From the NCBI GenBank assembly GCA_964468225.1, contig CAYXVC010000001.1:3386-64777 (forward strand): a stretch of 61,392 nt of DNA, read 5' to 3'. The position numbers were made by a program, and so were the translations under genes. This DNA comes from an uncultured Gammaproteobacteria bacterium (GTDB taxonomy: Bacteria > Pseudomonadota > Gammaproteobacteria > JAADGQ01). Position 1 is the first letter of the stretch; every line of letters starts with the position of its first letter. Shown piece after piece: positions 28,556 to 37,820 of the stretch. The notes under the pieces are model-generated. The model was not told the origin of the DNA and ran no database searches. It worked only from the letters and a program-made list of their open reading frames with translations.

Positions 28556-30004
28556 TTAATCAGCTATCGTAATTTGAGCTGTATCCATTTCAATATAACC
28601 AGGGCGATACCCTGCTTCATCGACAATCGCTTTAAATGTATAAATTTTGGCATTTCCAATTTCAGCTTCACTGCCCCAATACAAAAATTCAGCAACACCC
28701 TCTGTGACCGAGCCGTACCCCAACCTGTCTTCAATGCCTCCATCAAACCCATCGGATGCGATAATGTAAGCACCATCTTCCAACAACCCTGAAACAGAAA
28801 TATCTATAAGAGGTGATTCAGTGACCGTTTCAGTGATCGTCATTGTCGTTTGATTTTTATCACCATTGATCGTCGTTGTGTTAGTGGGCGAAGTAGTTGA
28901 AATGGTTGAGCCCGATGCTGTCCACGCCCCTTGATCCTCACAATTTTCTTCACATACCGTACTATTAACGACATCCCCATCACGATCAAAAATCTCTTTC
29001 TTGCTGTAACTAACCAGGCCAGCGTCTTCCTTGGTGCTATAAGAAGAAAAATCAGCCCGCAGAGTACCAGAATCATTATTGGCTTCACCAATTGCAAAAA
29101 AAGATTGCATGCCCAACTCACTGTTTTTCCGTGACTCGAACTCAACCAATATTTCACCATTTGAGCCATCTAGTGTTTTTAGTGTAATAATTTCTGTATA
29201 TGTGTTTGACAAATTTTCAGAAGATTTATCCGAGCTATCGTATTGAATTTTTACGGACTCTTCATTGCCATCATCAAGATAACTGTAGGTATAGACGTAC
29301 TTTGAATCACTATTTTCAAAACGATACGAAGAGGTCACACGTTGTTTGTTGGCAGGCCATTTCACCAATAATGTTGTCGCATCTTCATTATCCAGCCCAA
29401 TAATTCTTTCCATTTCGGAGAGGTCAAGTGACACTTCGTACTGAAATTCACTCGCCTCCGAAAAAGAGGTATAAACAATCGTTCCAAAACTGATATCGTC
29501 ACCTGAAGTCATTGATAATCGAGGTTCATTGGTTTCAAATGACGCGCCACCCCGTTGATTGTTATTAACAGCATCAATTCTTTCCGCAACAGCCTCTGCC
29601 GCAATAACAATCTCATTTGTTAACTGCAACACAATCGTATCTTGAGGTATTGTACAAGCTTCTCCAGGCGCGAAATCTTTACACTGCAACTGTATTCCTG
29701 ACCAGACTGCATCTAACATTAAAAGTGGTATTTGGTGATTTAATCGATTCACCTCCGCTTCAGTAACACGGTGATTAACTTTGGCAAAAATGGAACCTGC
29801 TTCGCCACTATTGTCAGTGGCTCGAGAAGAGCTTTCCTGTTTGCCTAATAATGAATCAGGAATTTCAATACTGTTTTTCTCTGGAAAGTACTGCATAGCA
29901 TAAGATTTTGCCTGATTTTTTATTGACTGATCCTCGCTACCACAAGCGCTCAACACTAAAATAACAGGAACAAACAGCAGTGACACTGGGTTCTTTTTCA
30001 TCAC
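28556..30004 (-). CDS. Acidic lipoprotein of unknown family (482 aa), paralogue of 10821-12758, directly upstream of the peroxidase/molybdoenzyme operon
   Basis: Lipobox VLSAC. Shared blocks with the 645-aa protein: NSIEIPDSLL, LLMLDAVW, GEACTIP, IVYTSFS..EFQYEV, VCEENCEDQGAW. I recognise no family. Confidence 0.8.
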   Translation of the reverse strand: MMKKNPVSLLFVPVILVLSACGSEDQSIKNQAKSYAMQYFPEKNSIEIPDSLLGKQESSSRATDNSGEAGSIFAKVNHRVTEAEVNRLNHQIPLLMLDAVWSGIQLQCKDFAPGEACTIPQDTIVLQLTNEIVIAAEAVAERIDAVNNNQRGGASFETNEPRLSMTSGDDISFGTIVYTSFSEASEFQYEVSLDLSEMERIIGLDNEDATTLLVKWPANKQRVTSSYRFENSDSKYVYTYSYLDDGNEESVKIQYDSSDKSSENLSNTYTEIITLKTLDGSNGEILVEFESRKNSELGMQSFFAIGEANNDSGTLRADFSSYSTKEDAGLVSYSKKEIFDRDGDVVNSTVCEENCEDQGAWTASGSTISTTSPTNTTTINGDKNQTTMTITETVTESPLIDISVSGLLEDGAYIIASDGFDGGIEDRLGYGSVTEGVAEFLYWGSEAEIGNAKIYTFKAIVDEAGYRPGYIEMDTAQITIAD

Positions 30005-30124
30005 ACTCTCACTTAATGCACTTCAGATAACAGGAAATAAGAATATACCCAGGCTTTTGGTTTTAGCAATAGATTCAGCTGGTCAAAAACCGATTTTGAG
30101 AAGAGAAACATGCTCAGAGAAAAA

Positions 30125-30979
30125 TTAAGAAGCAATATGGTTCAGCGCAGCCAACCCTTGGGATAATTCAGGGTAACGCAATACAACCATTAACTCATTT
30201 AGTATTTTACTATTATCTATTCGCCGTGATTCTTGCAGATAAGAGCGCATCGCTGGAGAAATCTGTGACTCTGCATCAAAGCGACTGACTTGTGGTGGGC
30301 GCGGCAAGCCCAATGCATCAGCAACGGCAAAAAAATACTCTGTCATAGTGGTCTGTTGACCATCTGAAACATTATAAATTGCTCCGGCCAGCCCACGATC
30401 CATCGCAGCCAGACAAACTTGAAGCAGATCATCTTCATGAATACGATTGGAAAAAGGAGCTTCTTCAATCCGTAAAACGGGGCGACCGTTACGAAGGGAC
30501 TCAATGGGCAGACGATCCAGGCCATAAATACCCGCTACACGCAATACAACAACCGGCACTCTATTTTTCACACCCCATAGACGCAACACATTCTCTGCAT
30601 CCAGACGACGCTTGCTTCGATCCGTTCCCGGTTGCGGCGAAGTTTCTTCATTCACCCATCGACCCTGACAATCACCATAAACACCCGTGGTACTGATATA
30701 AACAATTTTCTCAGGAAGATTCTCAGGCACCAGACTCGCCAACCAATGTCGCATTCGCGTATCAAAGATTCCATCGTCAGGAGGAGGAGCAAAATAGTAG
30801 AGCTTTTTATTTTCTAAGGGCAGTCCAACCAAGGTTTCCGGATGATCAAGATCACCCAACTTCATTGTGACACCAGCACATACGCTCTCTCGTCGAACCA
30901 GTGCTGTGACTTGTTTATCTGAAGCGAACCGTTGCTGGGCAAGAGACCTTCCAAGCCGACCCATCCCTATGATAAACAT
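30125..30979 (-). CDS. SDR-family NAD(P)-dependent epimerase/dehydratase-like protein
   Basis: N-terminal GMGRLG Rossmann-like motif, 284 aa, general SDR/NmrA-like collinearity. Substrate unknown. Confidence 0.6.
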   Translation of the reverse strand: MFIIGMGRLGRSLAQQRFASDKQVTALVRRESVCAGVTMKLGDLDHPETLVGLPLENKKLYYFAPPPDDGIFDTRMRHWLASLVPENLPEKIVYISTTGVYGDCQGRWVNEETSPQPGTDRSKRRLDAENVLRLWGVKNRVPVVVLRVAGIYGLDRLPIESLRNGRPVLRIEEAPFSNRIHEDDLLQVCLAAMDRGLAGAIYNVSDGQQTTMTEYFFAVADALGLPRPPQVSRFDAESQISPAMRSYLQESRRIDNSKILNELMVVLRYPELSQGLAALNHIAS

Positions 30980-30982
30980 TTG

Positions 30983-32656
30983 CTAAATTTCCCAGCGCAT
31001 CCCTGCGGTAATCATATTTTCTGTCAGGTTTTCATAACCCACTGTGGCTTGATAATAAAGAAACATGGAATTTCCATTCGGACGAAGTGCTGTGAAACCA
31101 AGCCCTAAATTAAAATAGCTGGAATCAATCTTTCCGCCCGGCAGTGAGAATGTTTTTCTCGCCACACGATCTGCCGTAAACCGACCATTGATAATCAGCT
31201 CATCATCGTCCAGCTCATTGACCCACTCAAGGCGCACCATAGGCTGCAATACACCCCACTTATAGTCCATGTTATAGCTTGCCTGTGCACCGAGATTCAA
31301 CGTTAAATTTGTCTGTTCCTGACTGCCCATTGTTAACGATGCAAGCCCGGCACCCAAAGCGCCCGGGTTTGAAACGGATTCGGCATAACCATCCACTTTG
31401 GTGGACAAGTGCACCAACTGCCCATACCCACCTAAATTAATTGCACCCAGACTATGATCGTAACCGCCTCCCAAACTCAGGCTAGTCTGGCTGCCAAAAT
31501 AGTCTGCGCTGGCTGTTTGATCAACACTGCTTCCTCCCAAACTACCTGTAATATAGCGTTCTTGCTCATAATCACTGCCTGCATAGCTGAACGCACCATC
31601 AAAATAGAAATTATCAGGCGTATAAAAAGTACCGTACAAAGTCATGCTATAGCCATTACTATCCAGCAACCCACGATTGCCTGCCATTTCAGAACCGGCA
31701 TTAGAATAACCCAGAGCAACACCCAATAAAGAATCATGAGTCACTCGATAATCCAGACCGGCGGTCACTCCGAGAGTATCAAAATCAGAAGCAAAACGAT
31801 TATCCGATGCATCCATTTCACCTAAAACAACAACACCATTCACAAAGCTGCTTAAACGACTCATATCCATCATTCCAGGCAATACATCATCAGCGCTCGC
31901 TCCACCACCATATTGCTCGCTCAACTGATTAAAAGAAAAAAGCCCCGTTTCAGTCTGGAACAATAAATTACCCGCACTATTTGCACGCTCCTTACGGCGA
32001 GTACTCATACGCTGTGTAATATTTCGAAGGCCAGCAAGTGCAGCCTGGCGTGCTATTGTAGTAGAGAGATAAGCCGCTTTGGGTGTAATTCTATCGAGCA
32101 GTTCAGCCGAATTTTCAGGATTATCAAGCAACAAGCCACAATCCTGTTGAAAATTTGAAGAACCACTGTAGGTGTAACATACATTCCCGATGACCCGAGC
32201 AACTTTCTGGCTGGATAAACCTTGAGCCGCATTCACCAGCGCCTGCACTTCTTCACCATCAGCATCAGGTATCGATAAGCTACAGCTGGCACTTGCGCCA
32301 TCCAGGTCATTACAACTCACTTCGATTTTTCCAGGTAATGTGCACGAAGCAGTGTTGCCTTCCCCTTTCACACACTCGAAGGTCTCACTTGTCGAAGTTT
32401 CGCACTGAAATGCTCCGCTCTCAGTCGGTGATTCATCACAACGTTTAATCTCTTCAACCATTTTCAACAGATTAATTTTGGCAGATTGACTGATAGAAAT
32501 ACCTTCTGAGATCACTTCGCAATTCGCAATACCAAGTGGGTTATCATCTTCATCAGTATCGCAAGTAATAGTGACCTCTGCTGCATGAGTTGATGTAGAG
32601 ACCAAACACACAAGCAAGCTCAATAAAAGAGTTTTAATTGGTTTTAATTGAAACAT
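30983..32656 (-). CDS. Autotransporter: short Cys-rich passenger + C-terminal beta-barrel translocator
   Basis: Signal peptide MFQLKPIKTLLLSLLVCLVSTSTHA. Passenger of about 190 aa with 10 spaced Cys. C-terminal ~280 aa show an autotransporter beta-domain pattern ending ..GMRWEI. Confidence 0.7.
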   Translation of the reverse strand: MFQLKPIKTLLLSLLVCLVSTSTHAAEVTITCDTDEDDNPLGIANCEVISEGISISQSAKINLLKMVEEIKRCDESPTESGAFQCETSTSETFECVKGEGNTASCTLPGKIEVSCNDLDGASASCSLSIPDADGEEVQALVNAAQGLSSQKVARVIGNVCYTYSGSSNFQQDCGLLLDNPENSAELLDRITPKAAYLSTTIARQAALAGLRNITQRMSTRRKERANSAGNLLFQTETGLFSFNQLSEQYGGGASADDVLPGMMDMSRLSSFVNGVVVLGEMDASDNRFASDFDTLGVTAGLDYRVTHDSLLGVALGYSNAGSEMAGNRGLLDSNGYSMTLYGTFYTPDNFYFDGAFSYAGSDYEQERYITGSLGGSSVDQTASADYFGSQTSLSLGGGYDHSLGAINLGGYGQLVHLSTKVDGYAESVSNPGALGAGLASLTMGSQEQTNLTLNLGAQASYNMDYKWGVLQPMVRLEWVNELDDDELIINGRFTADRVARKTFSLPGGKIDSSYFNLGLGFTALRPNGNSMFLYYQATVGYENLTENMITAGMRWEI

Positions 32657-32683
32657 AGTGACCACTTCCCGAAATAACACAAA

Positions 32684-33373
32684 TCAGAATTTATAACTGA
32701 CACTCGCCGAGAACAATGGCAGTATCTTGATTTTATCCAGATCATCCTGAATATTGGCGACTTCTTTTGCCAGATTGTCCTGAAAAACAGACTCATTGCT
32801 CACATCAATAGAGTTCCCACTACTATCTGCCACGACACCGCTGGCATCCATAGCAATCTTTAATTGGCCTGTCATTAAAATACCGACATCCATATTGACT
32901 CCCCAGCGTTTTCCATCGGACACTGCATTCCCCCACCCCAAGCCAAAATAGGGTGCTACAGGACGAAATTTCATTTGGCCATTAAGCGCTAGATTACCGC
33001 TATAAGTTTCACTACCAACCGGATAGCTATCCGAGCCGGAAGCACCGACTTCAAGGCTTGATTGATTGACCATCATCCCAAGGCTTAATCTGAAATCACC
33101 TGCAACAGGATACCAATCAGCAAGCAAACTGAACGATCTCATATTAATATCTGCAGTGTAATCAATCTGATCCAGACCAAAATCAGCATTCAGTGTCAAT
33201 GCATTCAAACCAACACGTCCATTAAGGTGAGAATTAAGCTTGGCTATGACCTCGACCCCCAACCCTTTTGGGAAGCTCAATTGAGGTGCGACTGCAATAT
33301 CTGCCGCATAAGAAAAAGAGGCCGATAAAAACAACACCCCTCCACTTGCTACTTTCAATGCTCTATTCATCAT
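32684..33373 (-). CDS. Small outer-membrane beta-barrel protein
   Basis: Signal peptide ending SFSYA, alternating beta-strand pattern, terminal ..SVSYKF. Confidence 0.6.
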   Translation of the reverse strand: MMNRALKVASGGVLFLSASFSYAADIAVAPQLSFPKGLGVEVIAKLNSHLNGRVGLNALTLNADFGLDQIDYTADINMRSFSLLADWYPVAGDFRLSLGMMVNQSSLEVGASGSDSYPVGSETYSGNLALNGQMKFRPVAPYFGLGWGNAVSDGKRWGVNMDVGILMTGQLKIAMDASGVVADSSGNSIDVSNESVFQDNLAKEVANIQDDLDKIKILPLFSASVSYKF

Positions 33374-33641
33374 TTATTATCGCCATCTACACAGAACAAT
33401 TTGTTATTACTCAAACATTATATTTCACTTTACCAACAATAGAAAACTTGCTCAAATTCATTCAGGGCTTTTCTTGCAATATTCAAACTGAAAATGAAAT
33501 GAGTCTATTTGACGTATCCGAACTTTCAGTCCGTAACACTAACCCTCCAACTTTAGCTGGCAGTTGAGTTATCTGAGACCTCGTATTACCATGCGCGGCA
33601 CCGAATATTTCAGTTAAGCCTTTAATTACAGGGAATAGTTA

Positions 33642-34700
33642 ATGCGAATAAATAGCTTGGATGGCTTGCGGGGGTTTGCTGTCATATTGGTTTTAGTATT
33701 TCACTCTTTTATGCCGTTTACTTTTGGTGGTTTTATTGGGGTAGATATATTTTTCGTTCTTAGTGGGTTTCTTATTACAACCTTGTTACTTAAAGAATAC
33801 GATACATGTAAAACTATCAGCTTCAGAAATTTTTACATGCGCCGGGCTTTAAGGTTAGCACCTGCTTTGATTATCGTTGTGACCTCGTTTTATATTTATA
33901 GTCAATATTTTATGGTCGGCGAAAAACAGGAAATGGCCTTTGTCGCTGTGTTAGGCACACTATTTTATATTGCAAATTTAGCGGTAGCATTTGATTGGTT
34001 CCCAATGAGCTACTTGCTTCCCACATGGTCATTGTCAATTGAGGAGCAGTTTTATTTCTTCTGGCCTATTTTACTTTTGCTGTTGTTAAATGGTTTGAAA
34101 AATCGCAAGAACCTGATCATTACCATTAGTCTTATAATTATTTTTCTTTGGATAAACCGTACTATTTTAGTTTTTAATGGTGCTTCGATTAACCGGCTAT
34201 ATTTTGGTTCAGATACTCATTTTGATGGTTTATTTGTCGGTTGCCTGAGCGCGCTGTTGATTGCAGAGTTCAAAAACAGGAATTTCAATGTTAATGGTAT
34301 TTTGCATAAATACAAAACAATTATTCCGGTCCTGGCAATTGGTTTTTATGTTGTATCAACTATTGTTCTAGGCAATGAAATAAGGGTGCTCTATATCTGG
34401 TATTTTCCACTATTAGAAATAGTATCTGCTGTATTAATCAGCTTTTTATATTTGCAAAAAAATGATCGAACAGTTTTTCTGTTTTCTAATAAATTTCTGA
34501 CGTGGCTAGGAAAAATTTCCTATGGTTTATATCTGTGGCATTGGTTTATTTATAGAGTAATGTCCGATGCGGGTGCTACCGGTGGATACATTGCGCTGTA
34601 TGGAGCCGGGGCTTCAATATTGATAGCAGCTTTGTCATACTACCTTATAGAAAAACCCATTTTGAAGATGAAAAAACGATTTTATTCCGTTAAGAAATAA
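33642..34700 (+). CDS. Acyltransferase family 3 (membrane O-acyltransferase)
   Basis: MRINSLDGLRGFAVILVLVFH.., roughly 10 TM segments, SLSIEEQFY motif. Confidence 0.85.
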   Translation: MRINSLDGLRGFAVILVLVFHSFMPFTFGGFIGVDIFFVLSGFLITTLLLKEYDTCKTISFRNFYMRRALRLAPALIIVVTSFYIYSQYFMVGEKQEMAFVAVLGTLFYIANLAVAFDWFPMSYLLPTWSLSIEEQFYFFWPILLLLLLNGLKNRKNLIITISLIIIFLWINRTILVFNGASINRLYFGSDTHFDGLFVGCLSALLIAEFKNRNFNVNGILHKYKTIIPVLAIGFYVVSTIVLGNEIRVLYIWYFPLLEIVSAVLISFLYLQKNDRTVFLFSNKFLTWLGKISYGLYLWHWFIYRVMSDAGATGGYIALYGAGASILIAALSYYLIEKPILKMKKRFYSVKK

Positions 34701-34701
34701 T

Positions 34702-34732
34702 GAGCTTGGTATTTTTCCTGGCTACCAAGCTC
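34702..34732. terminator. Hairpin between convergent genes (candidate bidirectional terminator)
   Basis: Perfect 10-bp stem GAGCTTGGTA / TACCAAGCTC with an 11-nt loop. A T-rich tract follows on the minus strand (lpd side). Confidence 0.5.
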
Positions 34733-34753
34733 TGGTTACAACATCAAAAAACT

Positions 34754-36499
34754 CTATTTTTTCTTTGGCGCGTATAAATCTGTACACGTCCCCTCTGCCA
34801 TTTCTGCGGCAAAGTTGAAGGTTTCCGAAAGGGTCGGATGAGGATGAATCGATAGTGCGATATCTTCAATATCAGCGCCCATCTCCAATGCAAGTACCGC
34901 TTCGGCAATCAACTCCCCCGCATTAGTGCCCACTATGGCCGCACCGATGATTTTGTGGTCTTCATCGAAAAGCACCTTGGTCATTCCTTCATCACGACCA
35001 ATCGACAATGAGCGACCGGAAGCAGCCCACGGGAAAACACCTTTTATGTATTTAATACCCTCTTTTTTACACTCATCTTCAGTTTTACCCATCCATGCTA
35101 CTTCGGGGTCAGTATAAGCCACCGATGGAATGGTACGAGCATCAAAGAACGATTTTTCACCCGCAATATTTTGTGCGGCAACCTTACCTTCGTGAGTCGC
35201 TTTATGTGCCAGCATAGGCTGACCGACAACGTCACCAATAGCGTAGATGTGATCGACGTTGGTATGCTGTTGTTTATCCACTTCGATGAAACCCCAGTCA
35301 TTAACAGCCACACCCGCTTTTTCAGCATCAATCAACTTGCCGTTCGGTGTACGACCGATAGCAACCAACACACGATCGAAGGTATCTGTCTCGGGAGCAC
35401 CTTTGCCTTCAAAAGAGCAGACAAGGCCTTTATCGGTCGGCTCAATGGCAGTCACTTTGGTGTTCAGAAGGATATTTTCATACTTCTTCTTGATTCGACG
35501 CTCCAGCGGACGCACCACATCACGATCTACGCCCGGAATCAGACCCGGTGACAATTCAACCACACTGACTTTTGACCCCAACGCATCGTATACAGTCGCC
35601 ATTTCCAGACCGATGATACCGCCACCGACCACTAACAGACGCTTGGGAACTTCTTCTATTTCCAGTGCATCGGTGGAATCCATCACACGAGGATCGTCCC
35701 ACGGAATAAATGGTAATTTGGTCACACGCGAACCAGCCGCAATGATGCAATTTTCAAAACCAACGATCTTTTTACTACCGTCTTCTGATTCTACTTCAAT
35801 GGTATGAGGTGAAGTGAATTTACCGTAACCGTGGACAATTTTAACTTTGCGCTGTTTGGCCAAGTGTTTCAAACCACCAGTCAATTTACCTACGATTTTT
35901 TCTTTATAGCCACGCAGTTTGCTTAAATCAATTTCAGGTTTATTGAATACCACACCGATTTCGTGAAATTCAGCCGCTTCGTTAATGACTTGTGCGGTAT
36001 GCAGCAATGCTTTTGATGGAATACAACCGACATTCAGGCAAACACCACCGATGCTTTGATAGCGTTCGATCAAAATGACTTTTTTGCCTAAATCAGCCGC
36101 ACGGAAAGCCGCTGTGTATCCACCAGGGCCAGAACCCAGAACAACCACTTCAGTGCTGATATCCACATCGCCACTGTAACTTGCGGCAACAGGCGTTGGC
36201 ACGGCAGGTTGACTCTTCTCCTCTTTTGCGATTGCTGATGTAGAACTCGAAATTTCAGCGCCCACTTCCAACATCAAAAGTGTACTGCCTTCAGAGACCT
36301 GATCACCTACAGAGACCAATATTTCTTTCACCACACCCCCTTGAGGGGCTGGAATTTCCATTGAAGCTTTATCTGACTCAACTGAAACCAGTGAATCTTC
36401 CGGTGCAATGGCATCTCCCACATTGACCAGAACTTCAATCACTTCAACGCCATCAAAATCACCAATATTAGGGACTTTTATTTCAACAATATCACTCAT
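34754..36499 (-). CDS. lpdA: Dihydrolipoyl dehydrogenase (E3) with N-terminal lipoyl domain
   Basis: Start at MSDIVEIKVPNIG.. (Met17 of the track ORF). Lipoyl-Lys context VESDKASMEIP, then GGVCLNVGCIPSK redox disulfide and FAD/NAD folds. Confidence 0.92.
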   Translation of the reverse strand: MSDIVEIKVPNIGDFDGVEVIEVLVNVGDAIAPEDSLVSVESDKASMEIPAPQGGVVKEILVSVGDQVSEGSTLLMLEVGAEISSSTSAIAKEEKSQPAVPTPVAASYSGDVDISTEVVVLGSGPGGYTAAFRAADLGKKVILIERYQSIGGVCLNVGCIPSKALLHTAQVINEAAEFHEIGVVFNKPEIDLSKLRGYKEKIVGKLTGGLKHLAKQRKVKIVHGYGKFTSPHTIEVESEDGSKKIVGFENCIIAAGSRVTKLPFIPWDDPRVMDSTDALEIEEVPKRLLVVGGGIIGLEMATVYDALGSKVSVVELSPGLIPGVDRDVVRPLERRIKKKYENILLNTKVTAIEPTDKGLVCSFEGKGAPETDTFDRVLVAIGRTPNGKLIDAEKAGVAVNDWGFIEVDKQQHTNVDHIYAIGDVVGQPMLAHKATHEGKVAAQNIAGEKSFFDARTIPSVAYTDPEVAWMGKTEDECKKEGIKYIKGVFPWAASGRSLSIGRDEGMTKVLFDEDHKIIGAAIVGTNAGELIAEAVLALEMGADIEDIALSIHPHPTLSETFNFAAEMAEGTCTDLYAPKKK

Positions 36500-36512
36500 T
36501 ATTTTATCCCCA

Positions 36513-37799
36513 TCACAACAATAGACGACGTGTATCAGATAACACACGACTCATAAGTTTCGTGAAACGTGCACCATCAGCACCATCAATCACACGATGG
36601 TCATATGAAAGCGACAGTGGCAACATCAAACGGGGTTCGAACTCTTTACCATTCCAGACAGGTTGAATTTTTGAACGTGAAACGCCCAAAATAGCAACTT
36701 CAGGGGCATTCACAATCGGTGTAAAGTTAGTTCCACCAATACCTCCCAGACTGGAGATCGTAATGCATCCACCTTGCATGTCTGAAGGCTTTAGTTTTTT
36801 ATCACGCGCTTTGATACTGATTTCACCCAGTTCAACTGCCAGATCGACGATACTCTTGTGATCTACATCATGTACGACGGGAACCACCAAACCATCGGGG
36901 GTATCAACCGCAATACCAACATTGTAATAACTTTTTAAAATCAAATTTTCACCGGTCGCATCCAGTGAGGCATTAAATCGGGGCAGTTTTTTCAACGCAG
37001 AGACGACCGCTTTCATCATAAACACCAGCGGTGTAATACGAATGCCCTGCTCTTTATAATCAGCCCCCAGCTCTTTGCGAAAAGCTTCCATATCGGTGAT
37101 ATCGGCTTCATCAAACTGTGTCACATGTGGAACGGTCACCCAGTTACGATGCAGGAATTTTCCTGTGAGTTTGTTGATCTTGGTCAAAGGTTTGCTTTCG
37201 ATTTTTCCCCATTGACTGAAATCAATTTCAGGCATGGGTGCTACACCCAGACCACCACTTGTAGCAGGTTGGTTTAAAGCACGTTTAACAAAGCCCTGTA
37301 CATCCTCTTTTGTAATGCGACCTTTACGACCTGAACCATCAACAATACCTAAATCAACACCCAGTTCGCGAGCAAACTTACGAACAGAAGGAGTGGCATA
37401 AGCTTTGGCAAAAGAGTCTTCGTTGATCTTCGCAGTGGGTGATGTTTTAGCTGCGGGTGCGGCAGGCTTAGGCGCAGCAACTGGAGCTACGGATTTTGCT
37501 GGCTCTGGAGTCGAAGTTTCTACTTTTGAACTCTCTTTGTTCTCTGTAGAAGCTGCCGCATTCCCCGAAGGTTCCAAAATTAGCAGTAAACTCCCTTCAG
37601 AAATTTGATCTCCCAAGCTGACTTTAATCTCTTTTACCACGCCCGCTTCAGGAGCAGGAATTTCCATTGAAGCTTTATCAGACTCAACCGAAATCAGTGA
37701 ATCTTCTACCGCAACGGTATCGCCCGCAGAAACTAAAATTTCGATGACTTCAACACCATCAAAATCACCAATGTTTGGAACTAAAATTTCTTTACTCAT
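36513..37799 (-). CDS. aceF: Pyruvate dehydrogenase E2, dihydrolipoyllysine-residue acetyltransferase (single lipoyl domain)
   Basis: One lipoyl domain (VESDKASMEIP), an Ala/Pro linker, a subunit-binding domain, and a catalytic domain with DHRVIDGA. Confidence 0.92.
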   Translation of the reverse strand: MSKEILVPNIGDFDGVEVIEILVSAGDTVAVEDSLISVESDKASMEIPAPEAGVVKEIKVSLGDQISEGSLLLILEPSGNAAASTENKESSKVETSTPEPAKSVAPVAAPKPAAPAAKTSPTAKINEDSFAKAYATPSVRKFARELGVDLGIVDGSGRKGRITKEDVQGFVKRALNQPATSGGLGVAPMPEIDFSQWGKIESKPLTKINKLTGKFLHRNWVTVPHVTQFDEADITDMEAFRKELGADYKEQGIRITPLVFMMKAVVSALKKLPRFNASLDATGENLILKSYYNVGIAVDTPDGLVVPVVHDVDHKSIVDLAVELGEISIKARDKKLKPSDMQGGCITISSLGGIGGTNFTPIVNAPEVAILGVSRSKIQPVWNGKEFEPRLMLPLSLSYDHRVIDGADGARFTKLMSRVLSDTRRLLL

Positions 37800-37820
37800 A
37801 TTTCAATCACCCACTCTGAA

